Part shown: one piece after another, positions 51,522 through 64,000 of the stretch
Layout of the letters: each line of letters starts with the position of its first letter
Position numbering within the stretch: the first letter of the stretch is position 1
DNA from: Tubulanus polymorphus
Lineage: Eukaryota > Animalia > Nemertea
Direction: 5' to 3'
DNA: 64,000 nucleotides
Assembly: GCF_964204645.1 (NCBI RefSeq)
Contig: NC_134025.1
Location: forward strand, 22,734,299 to 22,798,298
Position numbers and translations under genes: made by a program
The notes under the pieces: model-generated
What the model saw: only the letters and a program-made list of their open reading frames with translations
The model's database searches: none
Told to the model about the DNA's origin: nothing

Positions 51522-54500
51522 GAAATAATTTCCAATAACAAGTGGAGCCCCAGTCGAGATGTGTTGCTAGTAAAGTGTCGTTATCGGTAATCAAGCGACA
51601 CTGAAACTCTGTTGGTATATAACCGAATCCCAGGCATGAAGGGTCAAATAGACATCCAAGTCGACACCGTTCGAGAGTCTCAACCGCGCTATCGTTAGCG
51701 CCGACGCTATTGTTGGCGCTACCGAAATTGCAAGATAACTGATTCTCGAAGCCAGCGACATCTACACGAAAACAACGTACACGCCACAGTAACTAGATTG
51801 TTTATCCAATATTAAAACTAATTTAGAGTGTCATTTATTTACGGTGATTAGAGTGGTATTTGTTGATTTTTCATTGATAGATGTTGATGTTGAGTTGACT
51901 GTACATTATTCGAACCTTTTAAGACATTTTTTTCACTGAAATGTTGATCCTATTTACTTAAATACATTTTCTTTTAATGGATAAAATCACTACAAAGCAC
52001 TACAATTAAACTTTACCCGAAATTTACCTATTTTCTCGTAGAAGTAATAGTCTCGTTGAAACGTTAGATCGGCGTGAGTACAGTACTGGCTTCGGTGAGC
52101 GACGAATCCGTGGATGTATTTGTAGGTTGGCTCTAGATGTATTTGGAAGTGGGAGCACTCGTCTAGCATTTCGTTACAAGTCTCAGCGAACGTCTTTGGG
52201 CTACCATGAGTACCGTTAGCAGTCCAAGAATCGGTATTTACACTACTGGCGCAAAGAGTCGAACTGTGAACGTAATATCCTTGCTGATCTGAATGACAGA
52301 ATCTAAGATTAGATTGCCCTGATACCAATGATGAATCAAATCTTTAAAAAATAACAATCATAGAAAAAGTATGGAGAAAAAATATGATGAAAAAATTGAT
52401 TAGAACTCATGGAATATACCTCATTCAGATCGGTAGTTCTCTGATATTATGTAGGATAGTTCAGGGATCGACTTGCGACTTTAATGCTATTGGCCCGATT
52501 TACTACGGAGTGGACTGATTGAAAGTTAGAATCAAGTCCATAAACAGCCAAAGAGCATCAAAGTCGCAACTTCTATCCCTGAATATTGAAATACTCGCCA
52601 ATCTTGTGATATATCGCACTGTCTGCGCTGGTCCAAGTTTCGATACATGGCGCTGAATTCGTCAACAACGAACACTCGCCCGAAACGGCGTTTTGTAGGA
52701 ACCCCGTGCATGACGTGTCCGATCTGCAATATTTCGCACATTTTTGAAGATCCGCGATTCTCGTGTCGTTGGTGTCTTCAACTGCGCATGCCAATTTCGT
52801 CAACATAATATAGCCACCTAGAGCTATACATATATAAAAGTTAATTGAACGTCACCAGAAAGAAAACCCATTAAAATCCATTATTACGGTTATTCGGGCC
52901 ATATCAGAAAAATGTGAGAGCCAATCGCAACTACTTTGTTTTTGAATTAGAACATACTCCGTTTCAACGCCACGTTAAAACAGATTTTTCGTTCAAACTC
53001 TTTCAGTTTTTTTTTATGAGGGTTGAGTTACATATCTTTTCGAAGATGGCTCGAATCAGCCACCATGGTAATCGTTTGAAATAGATAGATAACATTGAAC
53101 TGAGAGATATAAATAGGTGTTCACTTCGGTCAAGGCAAAATTTGCCACGTTTGGGATTTCCTGACTCTTCTATTCCGTCTTTGCCTAAGGTACAGTTGAA
53201 GTCTCCAGTGATCTGGATAGCAGTACACCTATCCTCGTCCAAACACGCGCGATTGCAAACCTGCTGCGTCATCAGAGTTGGAAAGACCTTGATCGTTGAC
53301 ACTAAGTTACAACGGCGCCTGTAGAAATTCTTGAAACCGAGCGGCTCTGAAATGGCGGTAAAACTACATGTTAGGAAATTTTCAGCAGCAACATTGGAAA
53401 ACAACAAAACTAACTTGAAAGTTAATTGGCACCATGAAGAAAAATAACACATATATAGTGCCTAATATCATCCACAGAGGATCCAAATGAATTCGAATAT
53501 ATCGATAATTGAATTGAATTCACCGGCAACTAGTCTAGCGCCAATATTGACGTATGGCTCATCCACTCAAAATTCATCTTAAAAAACATGAAAATCTATT
53601 TAAATGAAAATGAACAGTCATGAAAGGTATATAATTACAAAATGAACGCCAAAATTCACAATTGTTATAGATATATTGAATCTCACACAGTACTCTTAAC
53701 ACATGGTAGTCATCGATGTACAAAAAACATCATTGTATCGGTTTTTGCGGCGTCAGAAAGGATTGTAATAAAAACATCAACCCCCAATGAACCAGTGCAA
53801 CAATGGTGTCACAAGCACATAACATCGTTTGATTCCAGAGGCCTTTTTAATCCAAAATATTGAACTGATCAAACTACTTAATGGATTACTGGATGACAGA
53901 ATGTCCAGAGTAAGACGTGTATCTTTTTCAGGATGATAATACGTTGAATCAAGTTGTAGATGTATTTGTTACCGTATACAAAAGTGATTTCATTTAGTTT
54001 TCGAACTCACTTAGTCTGTCATAGAGCAGAGCCCCCGTCACATTCGATACTCTGTCGACGCAACTTTCGTTGTAGAATGAACACAACTTTTTATTCGCGT
54101 TGTAAACGAAAGACATGCATTCAGGTGAATCGGAACACATTCGTTTACACTGGTTTATGTAACTCGTTGAAGTTGTGTTTTTAAACAGTGAGTTGCGTTC
54201 GTGATGCGCGTGGCATCTCTCGCCGAGTCTTAAAAACCATTCTTCTCCGATATCTAAAATGACATATGCGATGTTTTAACGGAGCCATTCTCCACAATCA
54301 GAACAAGAGTACCGAATACAATGTATATTGGAATGTGTTGAATCTCTACCACATCCTACTGATTATATAAAGATATACATGTATTCTTAATAATGCATGT
54401 TCCTGGTAATCTTCGTTTAAGGAAATTGTATGTTGATGATATGATATGATATGATTTATTTTAAAGCAAAATTTTTACAAAATTAATGAGTAAGGAAATT

Positions 54501-57500
54501 TTGCAATAAAGGCTAGGTGATTTATTATAATATGTGCCTACTTCTCGTAAAGAAATATTTGTCGTTGGTATCTTCTCTGGTATCGCAAATTTCCTGGTCC
54601 AACAGCTTGCACGAATAGTTAATGAAATTGAACTCGTACAACCCGCAGTATGGATATGCGTTGCAGATTCCCTCGCATTCGGAAACCGTTACGTTTTCGA
54701 TCTCCGTGAACGGTGGAGGCATTAGGCACCCCGCATTCCTTCTAGTGAATTCCCACGAACCTGTCAAGAAAACGTTATTTTCGTTCGTTAGAAAGATGCC
54801 CTGAGTTTCGGTTCAATAAGAAACCGACTTCTTACGACACCATTCGGAAAGAACGCCACTTTTCAAGTTAACTTCTCTACATTGAAAAAATCACTGATTT
54901 ATGTATGGTACTTTCGTGTAGTTGGAACTGTTATTTTAGTGAAATGCTTTAATTTTTCCTGTTTCTAAGTGTTGGAACCTGAAGTATATAATTACTGCTC
55001 TTCTAGGTGGGGGTTCTGCCATTGGTGGATAAGCAAAAGCACGAATATCCAATATTCGATAATTCAATTAATTATGAATTCAAGCACGACGTCATTTCTG
55101 CCGATAGCACATGGAAATATAATATTTTCCTCATTAGATAGAAAGGATTTTTTAGAGTCTGCTCGTTGACTGAACCTACGAATTTTCAGTCGGCAAGTCT
55201 AGCAAAGCATTTAACTCATTAAAGCCCAAAGCACATTTTTGACACAACGCCCATGGTGGCCGGGACTTGGGCTTCTTTCATTTCGGAATTTAAATTCTGT
55301 GTCCCGCCCAGCATACTGGTTGTTGACTCCTAAGAGTGCCCACTCTGGGTACTAATCAAAGGCAGGTGATGGGAAAGGTACAATCACACACTCACCTTCG
55401 ATTAGTTTCCTAGAGTGCTAGAGTGGTCTGGGCTCTAAAGGGTTAAGAATGATAGCTATATCACTAGATTCGATATGACGATACTAACGATAGAAAATAA
55501 ACGTTGTGGCATTCATTTCGTCAACCATATCCGAAGCGATGCATGATTCCTTCGAACGAGCCGTGAAGATGCCGTTATTTCTGATTTCCATTATCACCGA
55601 CTTGCATTTCGGGCGGTTTCGGCATTGCTCGAATACTTTGCTGAGAGGCGTCGCCGTAAACGAGACACTTTGTCGAGGAACGTCCCTGCACATTTTATTC
55701 GTATGATTGTGGAAAGAGCCAAAATCTAAAAAGGAACGCGCAATAGACTTCAATTGTAAAGCAGGAGAATCAACGACGTACTTTAATCGTACCAGCTATC
55801 CCACCAGATGGCGTGACGAGCAGTTGGTCGTTCATTCTCTAAATTTTAATCACTTTAGTGTTGTTTTGTAAATATTTGTATATACATGTGTAATAGTTTT
55901 CCTCCATATACCATGGAAATGGTTGGAGTGTAAATAAATCGTAATTGTAATCGTAATCGTAATCGTCCGTTCATCATCTTTGAACTGGGATTTTAGACTC
56001 CCTAATCCATGTATTATCACAGCATCCACCAAATACACAGTAATTTCATTCTTCGGGATATCGGTATAGTTTTCTTAAGTAATTGATTCATTTAAGAGAA
56101 AAGATCATTTAGATCTAATTAAAATGTAGAAGAAATCGAACGCGGACGATCAACTATCTACTAGCAAACCTGGCGGATCCTCGCATGCCATAAGTGGAAT
56201 CCTCGATTGCAGGAGCACTGTGGGTTTCGCACGCTTCCCTTTCACTTACCTATCACGTCATAGGTGAAAGCACCTAGTTGATAATTGGTGTCGACACAAG
56301 ATTGGTCGTAAACGATACAATTCTGCGAATCTACTACGAGGAAACCGGCGCAACGCTTCGTTTCGATGCAGTTCGCCATACAACCCTGCGCCGATGTTAC
56401 GTTAAACTCGGCAATTACATTTTCCATCGCCAAGTCGGTGCAAATTTGGTTGCTTCGGAGTATAGCTCCCTCTATAGCTGAATAATATGATAAAAAATAT
56501 CATTAGCCTATGGTGGCTGATTCGGGCCATACTAAAAACATTTTCTGTACGGCTAGAGCAACGATAAAAAAATTTTCACAGTGCCCCTTTTTTTGGTTTT
56601 CTCGAGCGAGAATTCAAAAAGTTTGGTTTTCTCTCGCGAAAATTCAAAAAGTTTTGTTTTCTCGCGCGAGAATTCAAAAAGTTTGGTTTTCTCGCGCGAA
56701 AATTCAAAAAGTTTTGAATTCTCGCGCGAGAAAACCAAAAAAGGGCCACTGTGAAAATTTTTTTATCGTTGCTCTAGCCGTACAGAAAATTTTTTAGTAT
56801 GGCTCGAATCAGCCACCATAATTAGCTCTACACTTCTTGCTGAATTCCAAATATCCCCTATATCTACCGATTCTAACTTTGTATTACGAATGGATACTGA
56901 AATGATAACACTCGACTATATTTGTACGGGAAAGCGTCGCGCGCAGCCACCTAGCACTTTCTTTTGAATTCAAGATGTCAAATATTCGACTTTCATAGAG
57001 CTCGTAAGAAATCGTTGAACGGATAAAAATTTTCGTAAGAAACATATACAGTTTACTACTTTGAACTGCATGCACGGTACAATTTTCATTTCTCTGATCA
57101 CGGCCCTCTTGATAATACTCTTCACCTCCATAATTTTGCACTAGAACTCGATATTTTTTTCCTTTGCGATTTTCATTTTTTTTAAAAATATTTAATGATG
57201 AAAATAGCGTTTAGCAATAACACAAATAGTTCATAGGTATCATCGTTTCCAGGCGCACTGGGTGTATTTTTAACACTTCAGCACAACAACCATCGACAAT
57301 ATGTCACTAAGTGACGAAAATCGCCCTACCATGGAAAATGGGGGAAATATCCAAAGTTATCAATTTGATACTCGGTGGTGGGATGGATGGCTGTCTCACA
57401 GCGAGTTTGAATGCATTTGCCTGTGAATAATTCATCGAACGTATTAGAATACTCCACTCAAAGTTGCTATTCCAAATGGTAGACGATCAGCTTCATCGAG

Positions 57501-59123
57501 CTTGATCTCAGTCGATTAAACCATGGTTATCTATATTCCATTGGTAACATACGCTCTATAAAGCATGTCCCCATCTTTAACCATTGTAATTAAAGATGGG
57601 GACGTGCTTTATTATAATTAGTTAATTGTGGAATGGCGTAATGCGTTGTCATGACGTCAGTTAATATCAATTTATTAGAGTTTGTGAAAGGGGAAATTGG
57701 CACTCTTAAAAAATCTGTTTTCTATATCATAAGTGCCGCGTTTCTCACGAATTCCATGTCAATACTAGCTGCTACTCATTTACATTGTAAAATGTATTGA
57801 ACCGCATTTATCATTATATTTTTCGACGTGAAAAAGGGGCACTTTCCTATTGAAAAAAGGAAATATTTTATATGAAGTGCCCAGGTAGCTGAATGAATAA
57901 TTTCGGACTGGATTACTTTTCATTTTCCAAAAAAGATATCAAAATTGTATCCAAATTTTCAAAAACAAAAATATTTTTACACTGACCTTTTGAAGGGCAC
58001 TTTGAAAATGTGATAGGGTTCCTTCACTAAACCCCGTCCCCCCGTCGGAAGAGGCCTGATCAATGTGGATACGGTGAGATGGAGTGATCAACGACATCTC
58101 TTGCCAACGTGTTCGATGTAAAGCGATAAAATAGCAATTACAGTGGGACCTCGTTAATTCGAATGTCGTGGGCAAAAGTGAAATTGTCGTATTAAACGGG
58201 TTTTGTATATTATCCAAAGCTTGATCCAAAGCTTGATTGATATAGATATCGTAGCTGGGAAATACTGGAAATCGTCATAATAAACGTATTTCGTCTGTAG
58301 AGAATCGTATTTACGAGGTTCAACTGTATCTTCGAAATTTATGGAATATACCCCAAAAAGTATTGTTATATTTTGTATGTTGATTTTCTCATAATTTTGT
58401 AGAGATACTGACATTTTGATGTATTTAAAACGCATTTAAAGATCTCTAACTGGGAATAGATAAGTGATTGATTAAGAATATAGATAACGGTTATGATTTG
58501 TATGTTGGAGACTATTTCTCACCACGACCAAAACCATTCATTTTGTTCTTGGGGTAAGGTGACGAAATATCGAGAGGTGTTTTTGTTTCATTTAGCAGCC
58601 GATCATAACAAAATAATGAAATTAATTTCGAAGAAGGTTAGATAGAGTATGTTCGCAAAATTATCTTTTGTACTTATCATACATTTAAACTGTCATACCT
58701 TCCGAATAAAAGTTATTTGGAAATCGAGACCATTCCCCAGTTCAATGTATTTATATAGACTTTCGCCAAGAACGTAGTGTCCAATGATACTTCACTGAGA
58801 ACCTTAGTGTAAGTGATATATCGCTATCGCGACCCCTGGTGGTTCATGCAAGCTCTAGTACACGCAGTATACGGACTATGTCTCAGGACTGGGTGAAGAC
58901 GACCCATGCTCTAAGAATGTTTTGAAAATACACACGTGTTTTGTCGAAACGGGCATAAAATTTTATGTTATAAACATTTAAACTCTTATAAACAATCGGA
59001 ATCGTACGTACCTTCTTGTCCATAAACACTTTGCATTGAATATTTCAACAGAAATGTAAATAATGTAACGAATTTACGCTTTTTCCAGCAAGAGTTCTCC
59101 ATCTTTACCCAGCCAGTTTTCAT
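51522..59123 (-). CDS. Secreted multi-PAN/Apple-like-domain protein B (signal exon + 8 module exons; terminal exon uncertain)
   Basis: Signal-like exon 59123-59012 (..KKRKFVTLFTFLLKYSMQSVYG/QE, phase-1 donor). Phase-1/1 module exons 56477-56250, 55725-55489, 54760-54542, 54253-54011, 53346-53125, 52823(or 52817)-52599, 52288-52028, 51761-51522. Small extra exons may lie at 56.9-58.1 kb. Confidence 0.75.
52888..53065. mobile_element. MITE subfamily B, internally deleted
   Basis: ATTCGGGCCATA at left, GGCTCGAATCAGCCACCA at right; ACGCCACGTTAAAAC interior shared with the 30.9-kb copy. Confidence 0.65.
56511..56818. mobile_element. MITE subfamily A, in an intron of PAN gene B
   Basis: Near-perfect long fold-back, TA flanks, five 30-bp internal units. 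Confidence 0.88.
57559..57611. repeat. Hairpin with ~22-bp arms
   Basis: TAAAGCATGTCCCCATCTTTAA / TTAAAGATGGGGACGTGCTTTA. Confidence 0.7.
58141..58326. mobile_element. Tc1/mariner-pogo-type MITE
   Basis: TA|CAGTGGGACCTCGTTAAT ... ATTTACGAGGTTCAACTG|TA. Confidence 0.72.
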
Positions 59124-60683
59124 TATGATCTGATTCTGTTGACGGCAACGCACTCAATTCTGAATTTCGCGAGCGCTGCGCGGCAAATTGCTAAGCTGTC
59201 CGTGCCAATCAAATCACATCCACAGATCGCAAAAAAACTGCGCCAACCACACATTGTTCGATAACGCATGAACCGTACGCAGGATATGAAAGAGCAAATA
59301 ATTTTTGCGATGCAAAAAGGATGAAAAAAGGTAGTGTAAAATTGTTAAGTGTCGCAGTAGTCAAGCGCAGTGTTGACGACCAAACTACGAAGATCATAAA
59401 TAGGTAATAATCATCCGTCTAGATGCTACGAATTACTTCGTCGACCCGGAAAACTTAGCCAAGCATATTTCAAAAGCGTGCATCAGTTTCTAGAAAGTCC
59501 TAACACGCAAGAGTCCTAGGTCGGTGACTGGGCCGTTTGTTCCTGTATCTGCTTCGCACGATTTACGTAACTGCCAAGTGGGCCGGTCGTGGTAAACGTT
59601 CTGTGGATGTTTTCATCCAGTCCTGGTAGTGGCTGAACCCACAACTATCTCCGTTGCTTTATGATCCTTGTGTAACTAACCATTTTAGTGGGGTGGCTTA
59701 GCGTTTTTATTATTACTCGGTGGACAAAATCACGAAAATTAGCCCAGATGTTCATACAAACTTAACAATCAATTTTAGAAGGGGAGCCAGCTTGGATCTC
59801 TATGGCAACCATCCAATTTTTATGTTTCCATGGCTAAGAAACTAAGGGTCTCGGTGAATAGATATTAAACAATTAGTGTCAACAGAAGACTCGCCCGACT
59901 GAGACAAACGTTTTAATATTTCAAACCTTAGTTACCACTTGAGGACGGTTGTCAATTCTACCTAAACAAAACAACAAAGATATTTTGTATCATTCAATAT
60001 CATTCATTTATTTGATAAAAGTAGTTCGTAATATAAAATGCTAAGATATATAGTAACTATTTACAGGACTAAAACATGAATTTTGATACTTTTCGTATTT
60101 TCATTTACAGTAACCTTTCTTCTTAAATTCATAGCACCCGGCTCAGCGCGTAAAACCTATACGCACGCTTTCGAAGAAACTAATCACGAATCGGTAAAAG
60201 TAACTAAGATATTTTGATATGATTTGCATAGTGCATTAGTTCATTTAGTTCATCCAAGTTTTTAACATTTATTAACATAATTCATTTAATTCATAATTTA
60301 TTTTAAAAAAAAAGTTTTTAATACACTCATAAAACGCATACATACATATTCATAAGCTTTGTATACGATTCGCCTAATTGGAGATACGTGTTCATACGTG
60401 CGAAGATTCCATTTTGATATACGAGGAAGCGAATACAGTTGGACGGCAGTATGCAGGAAGGAGAATCGCGGTGTCATTTCAATAATTCACCGCCGCCGTC
60501 GCGACTTCACAAACACAATCTACACTCGGGTGAACATTAGAGAAGACAATCACAAGTCTTATTGATTTTTTTAAATAACTAATAACATATCATTGGTCCC
60601 TCGTTGTTGTTGGAGAAGTATCATAACAGGGGTGCGCAATACTGTATAGAGAATTCAGACTAGACTCGGTTGGTTGGGTCGAT

Positions 60684-63600
60684 TCAGTATATCAATCCGT
60701 TGCTTGGTTTGCTCGAGCGTTTCTCCTCGAACGGATCATCGGCAGACGTGGTCGAAGATGAAGAAGAAATTCGGCGGGTACGCGATAATCCGCTGGTACC
60801 GGTCGGTTTAGCACCGCAATTCTGAGTTCTCGGCGGCGGGCACGATACTTTGCGACCAGATGCCGGACGCGATGTCCCAGTGGCGCCGGTATCGGAAACA
60901 CGACGTCCGGTGCCTATTCCGGCTGATAAGCGAGCGCTAGACGCTCTCTGTATAGCAACTACAAAAGAGAAAAAAACATTTGTTCACCTAACCTGGAGCA
61001 AGTACTTGTGAATCGCGTACAAGTCAGTGACCAAAGGTTGAAATGTATTCCCCTGTTAGTTTTGACTACTAATCAGATTTTCTTGATGTCGAAAAAGATT
61101 TTGGACCAAATTCCAAAGTAAGTTAGATGAAATAAGTTAATTACCAATGACAGGGGCTCGTATTTGAAGTTTGGGGGTAAACTGTAGCTTAGATCATCCA
61201 ATATCCAAGGTACTATACATAAAATAACAGTTTACCCCATAACTTCAAATACGAGCCCCTGTGTTACCAATCTTTTGAGCTAGAATCAATACCTCAAAAC
61301 TGGGCCCTCGATAGACATGTTAATCTTATTAGTAAATAAAACAAACTTAGCAATAAGACAGAATCACCGTATTAAAAGGGATTAGTAATTTGGTTAAGAC
61401 GTATCAACTTACTCAAGCAATCGGGCTTAATGTTAATAATAACGAGTTAGCGTCGTTTGGATCGAAGAGAGTTAGTGGAACCTGTGGAACATAATAAATC
61501 GATTGCAATAAATACAGAAAATCAAGATTAGCGTCGTTAAAAGAACATTTATTCGACTATTATTAGTAGTTTGACGAATGACGCGATTCAAGTTCAACGG
61601 AAAAGAAAATAACGGACGTTAAGATCAAATGGAATTCTTTGACATCGTATATAATGAGATTGATGCATTCATATAGATCCCGATCGTTTGGGAATCGATT
61701 GTTAAGTGAATCTTTGATGAATCGATTTAAAACGACGAAGAAATTAATTGCCTTGGATCATTCCATGGAAAGCCGCTTTGTTCGGCAAATGTATACTGAT
61801 ATATGTGATAGAATGAGCCGGTTGGAATAACAGAGGTGTGAGGTATTATTTGCTAAAGACGGGTAGGGAGATTTCGAAAAAGATTCACCGAATGTTATAG
61901 GTAGAAAATGTACAGCCGGATGTTATAGGAAGGTTGCAATTGATCGCAATTGATAAATGAATAAAACATGGGCTACGTTTTTCAGTGTTAGCTAATCCCA
62001 GAGGCAAAGATAAAACACATTCCTTCAAAATACCAGACATATGCATGATAGTTCTCAGAAGTTTTTCTCACAATTGTATGGAAAGCTACTACGAATAACG
62101 CAGCCCAGACTGTAATTTAACACAAGTAAAACACGATGTTAGTTGACAGCTATAGCGAAACCGATTTCAAAAAAGTCCCCATTTCAGGACACCTAGGTAA
62201 AGTACAAAAGAAGTCCAACGCCTGCTCTTCAATGGACAGGCGTTTTATATTATGATGAGTATTTCTATCTTTAAAAACACACTTAAGCAAAGGTAGCGAC
62301 TAGACGAGCTAAAATCAAAATTAATATATGATATAGTGAAACCTGAATCGTGAGAACGGCGACGCATGAATTCATCATCGTCTGCAACTGTCCTCGGTTG
62401 GCAGACACAAACGAACGCAGAGTCAATCATTTGACTATAGCAGCCTGTTTCTGGTAAGGAAATTAACCATATAAAACGTATTTACTTGCTGGTTAAAAGG
62501 TTTCTAAATCGTTATGGAGCTCTGATACTTTAGAGAGTGAATTTAATATTGTATACTATTATTTTGAACACAATTTGGTCAAACTTATTATAGCCTTACC
62601 GGTGTTAGACGATGTTAATGGCGAAGCCCGTGACTTACGCTGCAATGCGGGAGAACCCAGCGGTGAACCACCGGGCGACGGCCGGGGAGATGGTTTGGAA
62701 GCACTTCTCTTCGATACGAAACCCGCACGAGTTTGCGCGGCACCTTCCGGCAACGTAAAACTTTCGTGCAGTTCCGTATTAGTTTTACCCTTAGCTGTAA
62801 AGTGAAGGCATGCGGGATTATGAGAGCAATAAACGGTGTTAGAATTTTCCATAAGAATGAATAACTATATAAGACACCGCGGTTATAATATATCAACAGA
62901 AAATAAACGTATTATGGAGGAATTTAATCAATTAGTTGAATAGTAACGTTGGCATGCTTATTCGTGTTGCATACTCACCGCGGCAAGGGTCGTGCGTCAT
63001 GAGAAACCTATCGAGTCTCTCCCAGCCGCCTCCCACTCGCACCATAACGCAGCTATTTAAGAATCTGACTAGAAACATTTTACGATGGTCCCCAAACTGG
63101 AAAAAGAATAATAGTTTCTCTAGCAAATGACAATTCGCTCGGAGTGAAGCGCGAGTGAACTTGAACTTAGGAACTTATGAAATCAAGTACCCGTCGAACT
63201 TACTCGATATTTGCCCTCTGCTATTCGTTCCATCGGGAATTGTCGACAACATGTACATTTCGCCACCTCGCGTTCGATTTCATCCTGCACCATTTCCGAT
63301 TCGGTCACCTGACGCTTCATTCGTGATTTCTATACCGAAAAAAATGAGAGAAAACCATTTAGCGAAACGTTTTCCAAGATGAAAGTTTATGATAAACGTT
63401 TAGAAATACGCAGAATATCGCCATCGATGAAAAAGATACACGTAAAAAGAAACAGAACGGATGCCTTGTACTAATCAGGCAAAGTGAAAGCGTTCTATAC
63501 GTTATCAAACGCGGATGAACTAGTCATGCGTTACTAGTTCAAACAGTCGTTCTCTTGGATAACGGAAATGTTTAAATGTTTTAATGATCAGATGAATAAT

Positions 63601-63975
63601 GAGTAAGAATTTAATCTAGCCTAAAAGAAGCGGATAGATATTTGCTTTCATGCACGGAAGGACTTACAGCACCGCCAACAGGTCGGTAGCGTTTAGACTG
63701 CTGGAACATACAGTAAAAAAAACAAAACCGACTCATTTCTAAAGCTTGTTAATATGACGCTAATCCATGCAATTTATAATCGAAAATGATTTTAACATTT
63801 TTAACAAATTACTTTTCTCGTTAGTCAACGAAAACAGAAATCGAAGTATAAATATGACTTACGAATCGATCGGGTCGAAGAGCATCCATGAATTCGCGAT
63901 AGTCGATTTCGCCGCTTTTGTCGCGATCGAATATATCGAAAACGGCTCGTAATTCTGTACGGTTCGTGTGGAATT
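60684..63975 (-). CDS. Spectraplakin (MACF1/dystonin/Shot family) C-terminal part: EF-hand, GAR domain, Gly/Ser/Arg-rich tail; 5' part outside window
   Basis: Exons 63975-63863 ([19 protein letters not shown]-hand), 63700-63668 (33-nt micro-exon), 63329-63204 ([16 protein letters not shown]...GKYR), 63096-62979 (FGDH...[23 protein letters not shown]), 62794-62600 ([18 protein letters not shown]), 62381-62343 (tentative), 60958-60684 (stop). Minus-strand AATAAA near 60007-60012. Confidence 0.85.
61149..61263. mobile_element. MITE with 8-bp target duplication (hAT or P superfamily), in a spectraplakin intron
   Basis: TIR ACAGGGGCTCGTATTTGAAGTT / AACTTCAAATACGAGCCCCTGT; TTACCAAT at 61141-61148 and 61264-61271. 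Confidence 0.85.
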
Positions 63976-64000
63976 CTAAAAAGATAATCGCCAGATATCA

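Noticed and set aside
55243-55440. GC-richer stretch as a tRNA-derived SINE or RNA gene (similar doubt at 59510-59700)
   Set aside because: No clear A/B boxes, cloverleaf or second copy in the window.
56590-56740. Regular 30-bp palindromic repeats resembling a CRISPR array (also at 18.4 and 42.5 kb)
   Set aside because: No unique spacers, enclosed by TIRs, eukaryotic intron context and no cas genes; these are MITE interiors.
56884-58229. ORFs 56884-57141 and 57939-58229 as extra exons of PAN gene B
   Set aside because: Splice-like sites exist but I could not build a phase-consistent chain; left unannotated.
58154-58435. 93-aa minus-strand ORF as an exon of PAN gene B
   Set aside because: It largely overlaps a TA-flanked Tc1/pogo-type MITE.
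38743-59123. One PAN gene broken by an inversion
   Set aside because: Each strand has its own signal-like first exon and the minus modules duplicate rather than continue the plus modules; misassembly is not formally excluded.
62600-63329. GAS2/GAS2-like call for the GAR domain
   Set aside because: The upstream EF-hand exon and downstream [17 protein letters not shown] match spectraplakins.

Overview
AT-rich, intron-containing animal DNA, probably a marine invertebrate such as a lophotrochozoan (inference; the species cannot be identified from here). Left to right: the 3' end of MMACHC/cblC (+); a 7-exon DUSP8/16-type MAPK phosphatase (-); a core-2/I-branching GCNT (+) tail-to-tail with a Popeye-domain gene (-); five tandem single-coding-exon UDP-glycosyltransferases (four intact, one pseudogene; +) tail-to-tail with a divergent tryptophan hydroxylase (-); a repeat-rich spacer; two convergent paralogous genes for secreted proteins built almost entirely of PAN/Apple-like modules (16 exons on +, 8 on -), one phase-1/phase-1 exon per module; and the 3' end of a spectraplakin (EF-hand + GAR; -). 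Many MITEs, a decayed LINE, a Helentron-like repeat and a fold-back element carrying three minimal hammerhead-ribozyme motifs are interspersed. The most unusual items are the convergent multi-PAN pair, the hammerhead fold-back in one of its introns, and the mosaic UGT array next to the divergent TPH. Exon boundaries were read by eye and have no transcript support.
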